Shown here piece by piece: positions 50,378 to 61,374 of a stretch of 64,000 nt of DNA (positions are counted from its first letter, which is position 1; each line of letters begins with the position of its first letter). This DNA is from a virus, in the IMG/VR virus record IMGVR_UViG_3300045988_130630; one strand, given 5' to 3'. The notes beneath the pieces were generated by a model, which was not told where the DNA came from, searched no databases, and saw nothing but the letters and a program-made list of their open reading frames with translations. The translations under genes were made by a program, and so were the position numbers.

Positions 50378-52963
50378 TTAAGCCTTTCCACCGTTAAGGA
50401 TAAGTTCATCACCAGCAGTTTGAACTAATTTATTAACATTTATATTATTAACAGTAGCTACACCAGTGTCAGAAACACTAATAGCATTTTCAGCATCAGA
50501 GCTGACAATTAAACCTGCGCGAGCTGCGGTAGCAAGAGGAATATTAACAGTCTTTTCGCTAATTGCGATTTCAGTACCATTAACTTGAATCTTTTCAATT
50601 ACATTAGGCTGTGCAGCATCCCACTGGGCGATTTTCTCAGAAGTAATTCCTGCATAATCAGCTTTCTTTAATTCAGCGATTGCATCAGCATTAGCTTTTT
50701 CAGCAGTTTCAGCGCGAGTGGTCTCAGCAGCGATTGCATCAGCATTAGCTTTTTCAGCTGCTTTAGCACGAGTAGCTTCATCACTAATAGCAGTGGCATT
50801 GGTACCTTCAGCAGTTTTAGCACGAGTAGCTTCATCTTCGACTGCTTTCTTATTAGCCGCGATATCTTTAACCATTTGGTCTGCAGCAGAACCATGTGTG
50901 GTGATATAAGTTTGAATTTCCTTTAAAGTATCAACTGCGGCGTCGCCGACTTCTGCGGCTGCAAGGAAGGCATCAACACGAGATTTAACACCAGCAATAG
51001 CAGTAGCATTTGCTTGTTCTTTACCTTCTGCACGTGTTTGTTCAGCAGCAACGGCATCTTTAACAGTCTTAGCTACAGAGCCTTCAACAGTATCAATACC
51101 ATTTAATTTAGCAATAGCATCTGTATTGGTCTTAATACTTGCTTTAACAACACTATCATCATAAGTAGCAGCCTTTTGAGCATCAGCAATCATCTGAACG
51201 ATTGTCTTGTCTGCTGGAATGGTGCCAACCTTATCACTTAATGTATTAACAGCAGTCTGAGCATCAGTGCCAGCCTTCTTTGCATCAGCAACAGCAGTAT
51301 CAACCTCAGTCTTAACAGCATAGCCCTTAGCTTCGACTTGAGCCATAGTAGCCTTGGAGGCAGCAAGTTCATAAGCTTCTTTTACAGTTCCGGTATGTCC
51401 TTCACCAAGGATAGCGGTTTTAGCGGCAGCCACTTTAGTATCAGCATTAGTGCCTGCGGATGTAATAGCTTCAGACTTAGCTGTAGCAATTGCACCACTT
51501 ACACTATCAACATCAACTTTGCCTTCAAGAGTAGCAACTTTCTTACCAATAGCAGAAGTATCACCAACTAAACTATCAGCATAAGCCTTAGTTGTTCTAC
51601 CAACTTCGTCTGCATAAAGTTTAGCACCATGAATAGTTTCACTATCTTTAGTATCAACATCAGTCTGGCCATCTTCACCGCCAAGAGTATGACGTAAATT
51701 ATCAACTGCGGTATTAACTGTGCTTACTGTAGCAGCTTTATTAGTGCCAGAATTATATTCACCATCAAAGGTTAAATTATTTTGTTTACTATCAAGAGCA
51801 TCCTGAAGACCATCAATTTTGGAAATACCAAGAGTAGGAATATCGGAGACCGCAAGATTTTCGCCTTTAGTTACAAGACCTTTGGCATCATAGGTAATCT
51901 TTGTGGCAGTACCAGCGGTAATGTCTTTGTTAGCAACAACAGCAGCATTAGCTTTCTTTTCCACAGCAGCAATAGCAGCCGTATTATCACTATCAGCTTT
52001 GTCAAGAGCTGTCATCTTAGTATCATAAGCAGATTTATCAACAAAATTACCAGCATCTTGCTTTGCATTCCACTTAGCAATGTCTTCGGCAGTAATGCCA
52101 ACAGCAGGAAGCTTCTCAAGAGTTTCAACACGTCCAGCAAGAGCAGTTAAATCCGCAGCCTTAGCATAATCGCCAATCTTGAGAGCTTTAATAGCGTTAT
52201 CAATATAAGTTTTTACTTCAGGAGATTGACCTTCAGCAGTACCAAATCCTTTAAGAATAGCTTTTAATTTATTAATGTCGCCAGTTAAACCATTAACAAT
52301 ATCGGGATGGCCCGCAACCCAATCAACTAATTCTTTAAAGGTGTCAATAGTACCATTTTCAGTAGCTTTGGTAGCAAAATCGTTAATAGCATCATTAACA
52401 GCTTTAGTAACTGAACCTTCACCAGTGCCATTCAAAACACCAATAGCATCTTCATTAGTCTTAATACGTTTACGAAGACCAGCAGTATCATCAGCACCGA
52501 CGACAGCTTCAAGAGCATCTACATCAGTCTATGCTGCAACAGCTTTATCATCGGCAATTTTAGCGTCGGCAACGCCTTTATCTGCTTGCTTCTGGGCAGC
52601 TTCAATTAGAGCATATAAACCAGTAGCAACAGTTTCACCATGAGTAGCAGAGCCAACTTTTTCAATAAGAGAAGCAACTTGACTTTGAAGAGTAGAAACA
52701 TCAGAGGCAAGATCGCCAGAAGCAGTGGTAGAAGCAAGTTTAACAAGAGTACCAGCCTCATTGCTAATCATATAAGCTTCGCATTTATTATCAGCAATTA
52801 AAGTTAAAATCTGACCAACATAGGCGGTAGCGCCAGATTTTGCATAAGTTTCGAGTTCTGCTTTATTATACCATACCGCAGTAGTATCAACAGGAGCAGG
52901 ATTACCACGTTTAATAGAAAGTGGGAAACCCATATAAGCAGCATCATTCATAATAACAGCCAT
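50378..52963 (-). CDS. long fibrous (Ala-rich coiled-coil) tail fibre-like protein (1 in-frame TAG)
   Basis: ORFs 52529-52963 and 50378-52435 are in the same frame and joined by a TAG at about 52529. About 860 aa with AKANADAIAAETTRAETAEKANADAIAE repeats. TAA stop plus terminator hairpin at 50337-50362. Confidence 0.55.
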
Positions 52964-52986
52964 ATTATATATTTACCTCCTTCAAA

Positions 52987-54234
52987 TTAGCCGATGGTGA
53001 CAGCATAAGTCTCGCCAGCATCAATAGAAGCAGGCTGATAAACATATACATCATATTTAGCCGCAGTATAACCATTAGCACCTTCAACATCAACTTGAGT
53101 GCCCTGTTTTACGAATAGAGCAGTAACATCAGCATTGAGTGCGCTAGGCATAAGAACCTTAGTAATCTTGCGACCAGCAGGAACGGCAACAATAACTTTC
53201 TTCGCGCCAGCACCAGCACCAAAAGTAGTGAGAGCGCCAGTACCACTAGCCTGTTTATGCGCAAGGGCGCGAATATTGACAGAGTTTAGAGCCATATCAG
53301 CACTGGACATGGGACCCCAGAACATATAACGGACACCAGTTAGAGTTTTGGAATTTGCAGTAGCACTACCAGCTTTAATCTTACCTTCAGGATAAGGATT
53401 ACCAAGATTAGTCTTAGGAACCGCACCCTCATTATAGGTAGCCTTGGCGGTAATCTTTTTGGAAGTGGCCTCAGCAACAACATTCTCAAAAGAACCAGTT
53501 GCAGTGGACTTACTATCAGCAACACCAGTACAATTGACTTCCCAAGTTTGAGCAGTGATACCAGTAGCAGGACCATAGGTATAATTACCAGTAGACAGAG
53601 CTGCAGTATAAGTCAAATTTTTCTTAGTGCCAATTTCAAAAGTACCAAAACCGCCTTCGGCTGTAAAAGATACAGCAGGATTAGACTTAGAAGGATTGGC
53701 CTCCTAAGCCATTAAAGAAGAGAGTACCTATTCAACATTCTTACCCTTAGCAGCAAATTTAGCAGAGCCAGAGGGCTGAGCAAGAGTACCAATGGCAACA
53801 GTATAAGTAATATCATCATCAAAATACACATTATCAGCACGATAATTGCCATCAAAAGCGGCCCAATTAGCACCATTATAGAAATACGCAGTACGAGAAG
53901 TTTTACCTTCAACAAACGCATTTTCAACAACAGCCATATCTCCCTGAACAGGGGTGGCAATTGTTGCTAACATATCGGCATCAGTCTTACCTTCAGTTAG
54001 AGTTAAGACAGAAACTTTATCACGATTGCTATTAATAATAGATTTAATAGCATTCTCATCGACACCGGAGTAACTAAGTTCGTTCCAAGCTTTAGTACCA
54101 TCACCAATCTTAATTTTACCAGTGTCAACTTCAATACCCATTTCACCTTTTAACAGCACAGGGTTTTTTTCAACCCAAGTGGCTGCTTCATCATTGCGGA
54201 GTTGAATACGGGTTTTTAAAGTATTTCCAGCCAT
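52987..54234 (-). CDS. structural protein with the N-terminal anchor domain (2 in-frame TAG)
   Basis: MAGNTLKTRIQLRNDEAATWVEKNPVLLKGEMGIEVDTGKIKIGDGTKAWNEL, then ...KNVE*VLSSLMA*EANPS... joining to ORF 52987-53616. TAA stop. Confidence 0.55.
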
Positions 54235-54262
54235 ATTAAAATTTCCTCCTTAATAAAAAAAA

Positions 54263-54596
54263 ATTAAGCATTTCCGCCATCTATTAATGAATACTAAGAA
54301 GTTTTACCAATTTCAGTAATACTATTATCTTCATTAACCAAATAGGGAGTCCATTGTTTATTCTAAAAAATTGAAATTACTTCACCCTTATAATCATATT
54401 TTGCGATCCAAGTGCGAGCTTCAATTATAGAATCAAAAGAAGTCTTTTTGGTAATATATTTTAAATTACCTTCATCATCATAATAATAAGCCTCTGACTA
54501 ATTTTCATCAGTTGTTAAAATTAGACTTTCTTTTGGAATAATACCTTGTTTGATGCTGGATTTAATTTTATTTTTATCTGCATAGACAACATTAAA
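54263..54596 (-). CDS. hypothetical protein (3 in-frame TAG)
   Basis: GGAGGG RBS then MAFNVVYADKNKIK...DEN*SEAYYYDDEG...SIF*NKQW...KTS*YSLIDGGNA, TAA stop. Confidence 0.3.
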
Positions 54597-54603
54597 CGCC
54601 ATA

Positions 54604-55855
54604 TTATCCCTCCTTTATTATATTATAATAATTATTTACTAATTTTTGTTTATATCCAGAAGCAATAAATTCTTCGGGAAGAGGTTTATTAAATTTTCCA
54701 CCTTTAATAATAATTTCGGCATTATTTATACTAGAAAGGATTTTATCACAAGTAGTTTCAAAAATTCCTCCATTAATAATTAAAATACCAGCATTAATAT
54801 CATCATTATTCTTTTTACATTGGATAACTTCATAACCATCATCAGTATAGAAATAACCATCATTTATAGTTAAACTTTTACCAACGTTATAAAGCATACC
54901 ATAAAAATTACCACCATTAATTTCACAAATACCAGCATCATCATTTTTAATAGTAGTATAAGTATTAATAAAAGTACCACCATTAATAATTAATTTAGGA
55001 TATTCCGCGGACTCGCCTAAATGGTATTGAGAAAGATAATCGTAATATCCATTCTCAATCATACTAGATAACCCGCCCGGAGAGGAGAATATTCCATCAT
55101 AAATAGACATTTCACCATGATTTACTATTACATAATATCCATTACCTTTTTCATCAATAGAACGTTTATACTCACCATTTATAATAGTTGTATTTCCATT
55201 ATTCTCAATAGATGCTTTACCATGTTTATTACATTCAACACATCCTTCTCCCGAAATAATTAAAGAAGCGTTATTATTAATTTTAACTGGATTGTCTTCA
55301 TTATTTAAGATACTAATATTATTTAAATCAATATTAATATTTTTTCCTTTTGGAATATCAATATTTTTAACTGTTTTCTACAAAATTATAGTATCATTAT
55401 TAGAAGCATTTTGAATTGCTTCTTCAATAGTAGAATATTTTGTTCCATTAATTTCTACTTCATCAGCAGGTAGTCCTTGGTCTTCACCTTTAATTTTTAT
55501 AACTTCAACAGTTCCTTGAGAAGATTTACCTTGTAATAATCTCCATTTTTCACCATCATAAATATAAAAATCTTCACCAACTAAGCACATTGTACCTTCT
55601 TTAGTATTTGGATCTTCAGGTAAAGATTCTTTCTATCCAATAAAATAAGCGACATCACTAAAATATTTATTTATTTCATTCTTTATCTCATTTTCTGCAA
55701 GATAAGGAAGATTATTCCACTAATGAATACCATCGCCAACCTTTAATCGACCAGTATCTATTTCAAAACCAGGCTCGCCAGGTCCTAAGAGAATATTTTT
55801 CTCAATCCAAGAAGCTGCCTTTCCGCGTTTAAAATAGAACTTTGATTTCATATAA
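54604..55855 (-). CDS. tailspike-like protein: N-terminal anchor domain plus parallel beta-helix repeats (at least 3 in-frame TAG)
   Basis: MKSKFYFKRGKAASWIEKNILLGPGEPGFEIDTGRLKVGDGIH*WNNLPY, then repeated INGG(T/N/I)F-type beta-helix rungs as in ORF 54604-55110. Confidence 0.5.
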
Positions 55856-55885
55856 ACATCAGCCAATTAAACGCACCTCCTTAAT

Positions 55886-56150
55886 CAATACTACCGCCAT
55901 CCCAAATGTATGTATTATCAGGATTAGAAGGTTCGGTACTTCCACCGCCACTGCTATTATTACTATTGGATTTCTATTCAACCCAAGTATTATTATCTTG
56001 ATAAATATATAATTTTGATGATTTAGGAATAAAAGCAGTACTGCCAGGGAGCAACGAAATTGTTGGAATTTTTTCAATATCTTCAACAGAATCAACTATG
56101 AATTTTTTTAATCCATAATTAACTTTACCATTTTGATGTGTTAAAGTATA
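55886..56150 (-). CDS. small structural protein (1 in-frame TAG)
   Basis: GGAGGC RBS then MYTLTHQNGKVNYG...NTWVE*KSNSNNSSGGGSTEP..., TAA stop. Confidence 0.3.
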
Positions 56151-56261
56151 CATCTTATTGCCTCCTCTTTTATTACATCATTCTAAATAATATAAAAAAA
56201 TATTCTTTATGAATATAAAAAATTGGCCTACTGAAAATTTCAGTAGGCCAAATTAATTTTA

Positions 56262-58300
56262 ATAATTGTTGTATGCAGTTGATAAAGTATCTAACTATGT
56301 TTTAAAACTCGCGTCACCTGATATTACTTTAGTGTTATTTCCTAAAGCTGTTGCTATTGCATTAAACCAAACTACCAAGCGCAATGGGTTTGTATCATTA
56401 ATAGTAGTAATTGAACTGTTTAAATAAGTATTTATATATCCTGCAAAAGTATTTGCTTCACTTCTGGAATAATCTTTCCAAGTAAACGTGGGCCACCAAA
56501 CTGCATAATAAGTTATATTAGATGTTCCAGCAGAAATTGAAGGGGTTGCTCCCTTTTTATAAGTCGCAGTTTTTGCTGAAGATGATGTAGACCATCCTTT
56601 AAAAATATAATTAGACTTTGTTGGGAAATTAGATCCATTTATATTGAAAGAAGAATTGGTATTAACCGTCTATGATCCAGGTCCACCAGAACCGCCATTT
56701 GCATTATAAGTCACAGTAATTGTATTTCTTTTCCAAACTGCATAAAAAGTTGTTGAACCACTTACAGACACAGAACTTCCTGCGCTATAGCCAGAAGTAG
56801 CAGATGAAGAAGTACTCCATCCTTGGAAAGTATAATCAGTACGAGTGGGAACGGAAGCCATTGTAGCAGTCATGGAATCAGCATAGACATAATTAGTAGA
56901 CCAAACAGTATTAGTACCATCATTTCTATTAAAAGTTATTGTATATTGTCTATAATAATTATACTGCCAAGGTATAGAATATGTACCACTACTGCTCCAA
57001 GCTGCATTTACATACCAATAGTAAGTAGTGCTTGCTGACGCTGTATGTTCAATTTTAGTATCATATCCAGTTCCTGCTCCATCATCATCTGTTTTTAATG
57101 CTGTTCCACTAACAGCACTTGTTCTATTAGTTCCTGAACCAGCTGATAAAAGTGAAGAACTTAAATGACTATAATAATCAGGAGTTTTAGAATTACTGGT
57201 TGTTTTAAAAACTAATTTTCCAGCATAACTTGGTGTTGTTACTGTGATATATCCTGCTTTATAGGCCGGTACAGAAGTAGTACTACTTGTTCCACTAGTG
57301 CCACTGCCTATAGTATACATATTAATTGGAGTCATCCAAGAACTTATTGATTCAAAATAAAAATAAAGTTGTCCTGAAAAAGCAGCAGGATTACTCCAAG
57401 GAGCCACCGTTATTCTATAAGTTGTATTAGCTGTTACAGAAAATTGAGTTATTTTAAAATGACCATTTCCTCCACTCTAATCATCAGAGGTTAAATAATT
57501 TGTTATTGCCTAATATCCATTAGAAGCGCTTGAATTTAGTCCTATTGAATTAGCATATCCTATAGTTCCATAATCATCAAAACTACTTCCAGAGGCGTAA
57601 GCTGTAAATAATCCATTTGAGCTGGGGGTATAATCAATATATCCAATTCCATAAGAAGATAAATTATAATCTACATAAGTATTAACAGCTCCACTATAAT
57701 TACCTAAATTTTGTAAATACCATCCGGTTGGAGCTTCTGTATAAAAGAAAACTATATAAGGATGTCTTGAACTGTGATTGGTACAAACGGAATCTGTTCC
57801 ATCATAATTTCCATTTTGTGCCTGTTCTACGCATTTTGACCAAGTGCTATGATAAACATAACCCTAATAAGTATACCCACTAATAGTAGGAGCCGTAATA
57901 CTTGAAGAAGAAGTGGAAGTTTCATAGCCCATATAATCTCCAGCAGTTAAATTATAGCAATCCCAATAATAATCACCACTAGCAGGAGGATCAGGGTCAG
58001 GATCGGTTCCTCCACCAGAATCTTCATCAGTCCAAGCAGTTCCTGTTCCAGAAGCTCCATTGTGCCAATCGTTTGCTGTATAATAGTCTACTTCCCAAAC
58101 ATATTCATATCTTGTACCAGGAGTTAGCCCTGAGATTCGAACCCAAGGAGCCCCAGTTGTTGAAGGTCCAGTATCTGAAGTTCCATCGTCCAAGCGGACA
58201 TATAATCTTCTACTAACATTATCTGAGCTTATTCCACTTGCTTCAAAAATTAATGAAGTAGTACTACTAGTCGTGCAATCTACAGAAATAGCCATTTTAT
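56262..58300 (-). CDS. large adhesin-like structural protein with Listeria-Bacteroides (flg_new) repeats (several in-frame TAG)
   Basis: AAGGAGG RBS then MAISVDCTT... The frame continues through TAGs (at about 57864, 57475, 56670 and 56300) into ORF 56670-57407. It contains YTFQGWSTSSSATSGYSAGSSVSVSGSTTFYAVWK and YIFKGWSTSSSAKT...ITYYAVW repeats. Confidence 0.45.
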
Positions 58301-58813
58301 TTCCTCCTTTTATCTTAAAAATTTCTAAAAGCATTTTTGAATTGCGGTTTTCGGTCTTTGCGCTTGATGCCGGTCGGACCACATTAACCGCCCTTATTTA
58401 AGCAAACAAAAATGCTCTTAAATTTTGTTATCATGTTCTTTTACTCCGCAAACGCTAACCCGTAGGTTGCCTTACGCTTCCTTCCACCATCAAAGAACAA
58501 TCAAACTCCATTTAAGAGCATTTCCTCGGTTTGTTTTCAGTATTCAATTTGGTTAGATTTAAATAGGAAATCTTACTTATTCCGCACCGATTAGTATTAA
58601 AATTAACAGTAGTGCCAAATCACCTTTAATATAAATATTCCTTACCTATTCTTAATCACTCTTTCGTTGTGATTAACGTCTTTTCTTCAGCCTGTTAGGA
58701 AAAGAAACCTACCGTTTTAAATAAACAACGCCGTCGCCATCTACGACCCTGCCACTTACTCAGGTACGATAAGCAGTTTTTGCGATTACTATAAAGTATA
58801 CTGCCAAATACTT

Positions 58814-58903
58814 TGGTCGGAGATGAGGGAATCGAACCCACTCGAGCGACTAAGCGCACCGGTTTTACAGACCGGGGTGTCTACCTTATCACGTTAATCT
58901 CCG
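58814..58903 (-). tRNA. tRNA-Tyr(GUA), class II
   Basis: Acceptor CGGAGAT/ATCTCCG. Anticodon arm CCGGT CUGUAAA ACCGG. Long variable arm. T-arm GTGGG-TTCGATT-CCCTC. A CCA. Confidence 0.6.
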
Positions 58904-59243
58904 AAATGTACTTCTTATAATCTTTAATAAATCGCCAATAATCTTCTCGATTATAAGGAATATTATTGTATTTATTAAAATCATGTGCAAAAGCGCAATA
59001 AATTAGAAAATCTAAATATTTAGATTTTAATTGGACATGCCATTCATAAGAACCATCAAGTCTAGCCCCATAAGCCCGATGAAATAAAGTATATTCTCCA
59101 AACCGCACTTTGTCAGCGAGTACAATTTTAAAATTATCTCGATTATTATAAATATTTAAAACATCATAACCAAGACCATTTTTAGTAAACTTATGATAGC
59201 CACCAAAAGTTTCTTCACAATAATTCAAATAAATATCAAACAT
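58881..59243 (-). CDS. hypothetical protein (120 aa)
   Basis: ORF. Its 3' end overlaps the tRNA-Tyr 5' end by about 20 nt, so the true stop or start is uncertain. Confidence 0.3.
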   Translation of the reverse strand: MFDIYLNYCEETFGGYHKFTKNGLGYDVLNIYNNRDNFKIVLADKVRFGEYTLFHRAYGARLDGSYEWHVQLKSKYLDFLIYCAFAHDFNKYNNIPYNREDYWRFIKDYKKYISEINVIR

Positions 59244-59477
59244 TTTTTTATTTGAGGGTTTTAATTAGGTTAACCCACAACCTCCGATAGTGTGTCTACT
59301 GGACCAAGGAAATACCCGATCGCCGCATTTCGCTCTTTAAAAGATGGACGCTTCTAATCCTACTTCCTATCGTATAAAAGGACTTATCAATGGCTTTTAT
59401 ACATATTGCCTTTATTATCTTTATAAACAAATTAGCATTACCCAGTGCTACCGCGAGGAGGTTTTGTTTTTAGCACC

Positions 59478-59550
59478 GCAGAGGAAGTGGGAGTCGAACC
59501 CACACCCAGTGATTTAGAGTCACTTGACCTAGCCGTTAGCCGATTCCTCG
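59478..59550 (-). tRNA. suppressor tRNA with anticodon CUA (reads UAG); class I, discriminator G73, CCA not encoded
   Basis: CGAGGAA TC GGCT AACGGCTA GGTC A AGTGA CUCUAAA TCACT GGGTG GTGGG TTCGACT CCCAC TTCCTCT G. Anticodon stem AGTGA/TCACT 5/5 and loop C-U-CUA-A-A. G73, a weak 1:72 pair and U35 are compatible with a Gln-type origin. Confidence 0.6.
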
Positions 59551-59825
59551 TAACTCCTTAATTCAACTTACGGAGTTTTCGCTTCATCTTATTAATGAGA
59601 CGCTGATTCATAACTTCACCATGGGAATACAACTTTGCAATACGATTTTCATAATGTTCTTTAGTGCGACAAATCATAATTTTTCTCCTTAAATTGAATT
59701 TATGGTTCGGAGAGGGTTATCTGCGTCATCTAGACCCAATTTTTTCATTCATTATATATTCTTTCAGAGTAGCAAATTCTTAATTAAATATATAACTTAG
59801 CAGAACTCCGATGGCACGGTCGGCT

Positions 59826-59997
59826 GGACTCGAACCAGCAGATGCAGGAGTCAGGGCTCAAAAGTTGGACTTGCACCAACATTCTCGGTTTTATAGGACC
59901 GGAAGCCTACTAACAGAACTTGTATAATACTACTTAACCCCGTCATATTATATAACCCATTTAACTGATTTTGAGAAAGTCCTGTGCCTTACCATTT
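59826..59997 (-). tRNA. tRNA-Gln-like gene with a short (about 110-nt) intervening sequence
   Basis: 5' part ACGGTCG TC GCC AAAATGGTAA GGC A CAGGA CUUU... 3' part ...GAC TCCTG CATCT GCTGG TTCGAGT CCAGC CGACCGT G CCA. Acceptor 7/7 and anticodon stem 5/5 pair across the insert. The joined loop CUUUGAC would give anticodon UUG. Confidence 0.4.
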
Positions 59998-60273
59998 TGG
60001 CGACGACCGTATAAAACAAGACACCAAAGAATTTCAATCAATTCATTTCATCTATTTGTCGATTAATTCTCTCTTACCCCAAATAGACTACACCTTCGAC
60101 AGGTAATCAAAAGTTATTGATAAAACAATATCTCTGTTATCTTCTATTATAGAAAAGAAAATTCGCAGTTTGTGGTGTCTTTGATATATTTAAAACACGA
60201 ACGCTGTGCTTAACCATTACACTAATTACAGCTGATTATTGGAATCGAACCAATCCTGCGTTCGGTGGTACGG

Positions 60274-60349
60274 GATGAGGGACTCGAACCCACGGCCTCC
60301 TGAATGTAAGTCAGATGCGCTACCAGCTGCGCTAATCCCGTATAAGCAA
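60274..60349 (-). tRNA. tRNA-Val(UAC)
   Basis: ACGGGAT TA GCGC AGCTGGTA GCGC A TCTGA CUUACAU TCAGG AGGCC GTGGG TTCGAGT CCCTC ATCCCGT A CCA. Confidence 0.6.
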
Positions 60350-60350
60350 C

Positions 60351-60545
60351 TCAATTAATAAAAGTTGCTACAAAATCCTTTTCAAACATATACATAGGAG
60401 CAGAAGCAAGACCGCCATCATCAATCTTGCAATACAGAATAATATCTTCCGCATTGGGATTAGAAGCGCGGGCGATTGCTTTTACAAGCTCTTTATTATC
60501 AATGGAATTATAATAGCAACCAAAATCAACAGAAGTCTTTTTCAT
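60351..60545 (-). CDS. hypothetical protein (64 aa)
   Basis: ORF with a promoter copy upstream. Confidence 0.3.
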   Translation of the reverse strand: MKKTSVDFGCYYNSIDNKELVKAIARASNPNAEDIILYCKIDDGGLASAPMYMFEKDFVATFIN

Positions 60546-60549
60546 TTTT

Positions 60550-60615
60550 TTATCAATTCCTTTCTTAACTTTCTATATATATTATATTATATTTTTTATA
60601 AAAAATCAAAAAAGT
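60550..60615 (-). promoter_or_regulatory. phage promoter copy
   Basis: Same motif. Leader AGAAAGTTAAGAAAGGAATTGATAAAAAAATG. Confidence 0.55.
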
Positions 60616-60689
60616 TATTTCAAACTAGACACGTTAGAAAACATAATTTCAAGTTATGTGCGTTAACCAATTTCGCCAAAACCCCAATT

Positions 60690-60900
60690 GGAGTTTACAG
60701 GATTTGAACCCGTATACCTTTCTAATGAAAGAATTGCTGTGTGTGTCTAAATGGTCCGAGTGGAGCGACTCAAACGCTCGGCCTCCTGAACCCTAGTGGC
60801 AACAATGAGATTCGAACTCATAACAGCTATTAACTGACCTCGGGAGCGACCCTCAGACATTACCATTCTGTCATCTTGCCAAATCAGGCGTTCTATCAAC
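60690..60900 (-). tRNA. two or three tRNA-like sequences (one class II, about 60812-60895) not fully resolved
   Basis: T-arm signatures GGATTTGAACCC (60706), GAGATTCGAACTCAT (60816) and ATGAG-TTCGAAT-CTCAT with acceptor GGCAAGA/TGTTGCC. Anticodons could not be assigned confidently by hand. Confidence 0.3.
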
Positions 60901-61284
60901 TGAACTACACCCGGAAATAAACTATATTTTTTATTTTAAACTAAATCAATTTCATCTAAAATAAAATTTTGTTCCTTTTTACAATGAACGCAATACATTG
61001 TTTTTCGATGTTTCTTTCCTTTGTAAGAAAATCTTTTAAAATTCTTAACTTTAGGAGCGGTCATTTGTAAATGGCAAACAGGACAATGAAAATACCTTAA
61101 TTGAAATTTCATTATTTATACCTCTCAATCAAGACGATTTTTTAAATCACAATCAAGCATCCTATTAATTAAATTATATTTAAAAATACAGTTAAGGTCC
61201 TGCACCACACATCCGATCTTTGTTCCCCACATATAGGAGTGGGTATGGCCTTTAGGCAGAATCGTATTTGTTATTAACTGCCCA

Positions 61285-61359
61285 TGGTGCCAAGAGGTAG
61301 AGTCGAACTACCATGACGAAATTATCAGTTTCGCATACTAACCATTATATGATCTCGGC
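61285..61359 (-). tRNA. tRNA-Ile(GAU)
   Basis: GCCGAGA TC ATAT AATGGTTAG TATG CGAAA CUGAUAA TTTCG ... GGTAG TTCGACT CTACC TCTTGGC A CCA. Confidence 0.65.
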
Positions 61360-61374
61360 AAAACAAGACTAAAT

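Noticed and set aside
55859-56095. 78-aa minus-strand ORF (MILLKILKKF...)
   Set aside because: It is low-complexity and out of frame with the well-supported small structural gene 55886-56150 that occupies the same DNA.
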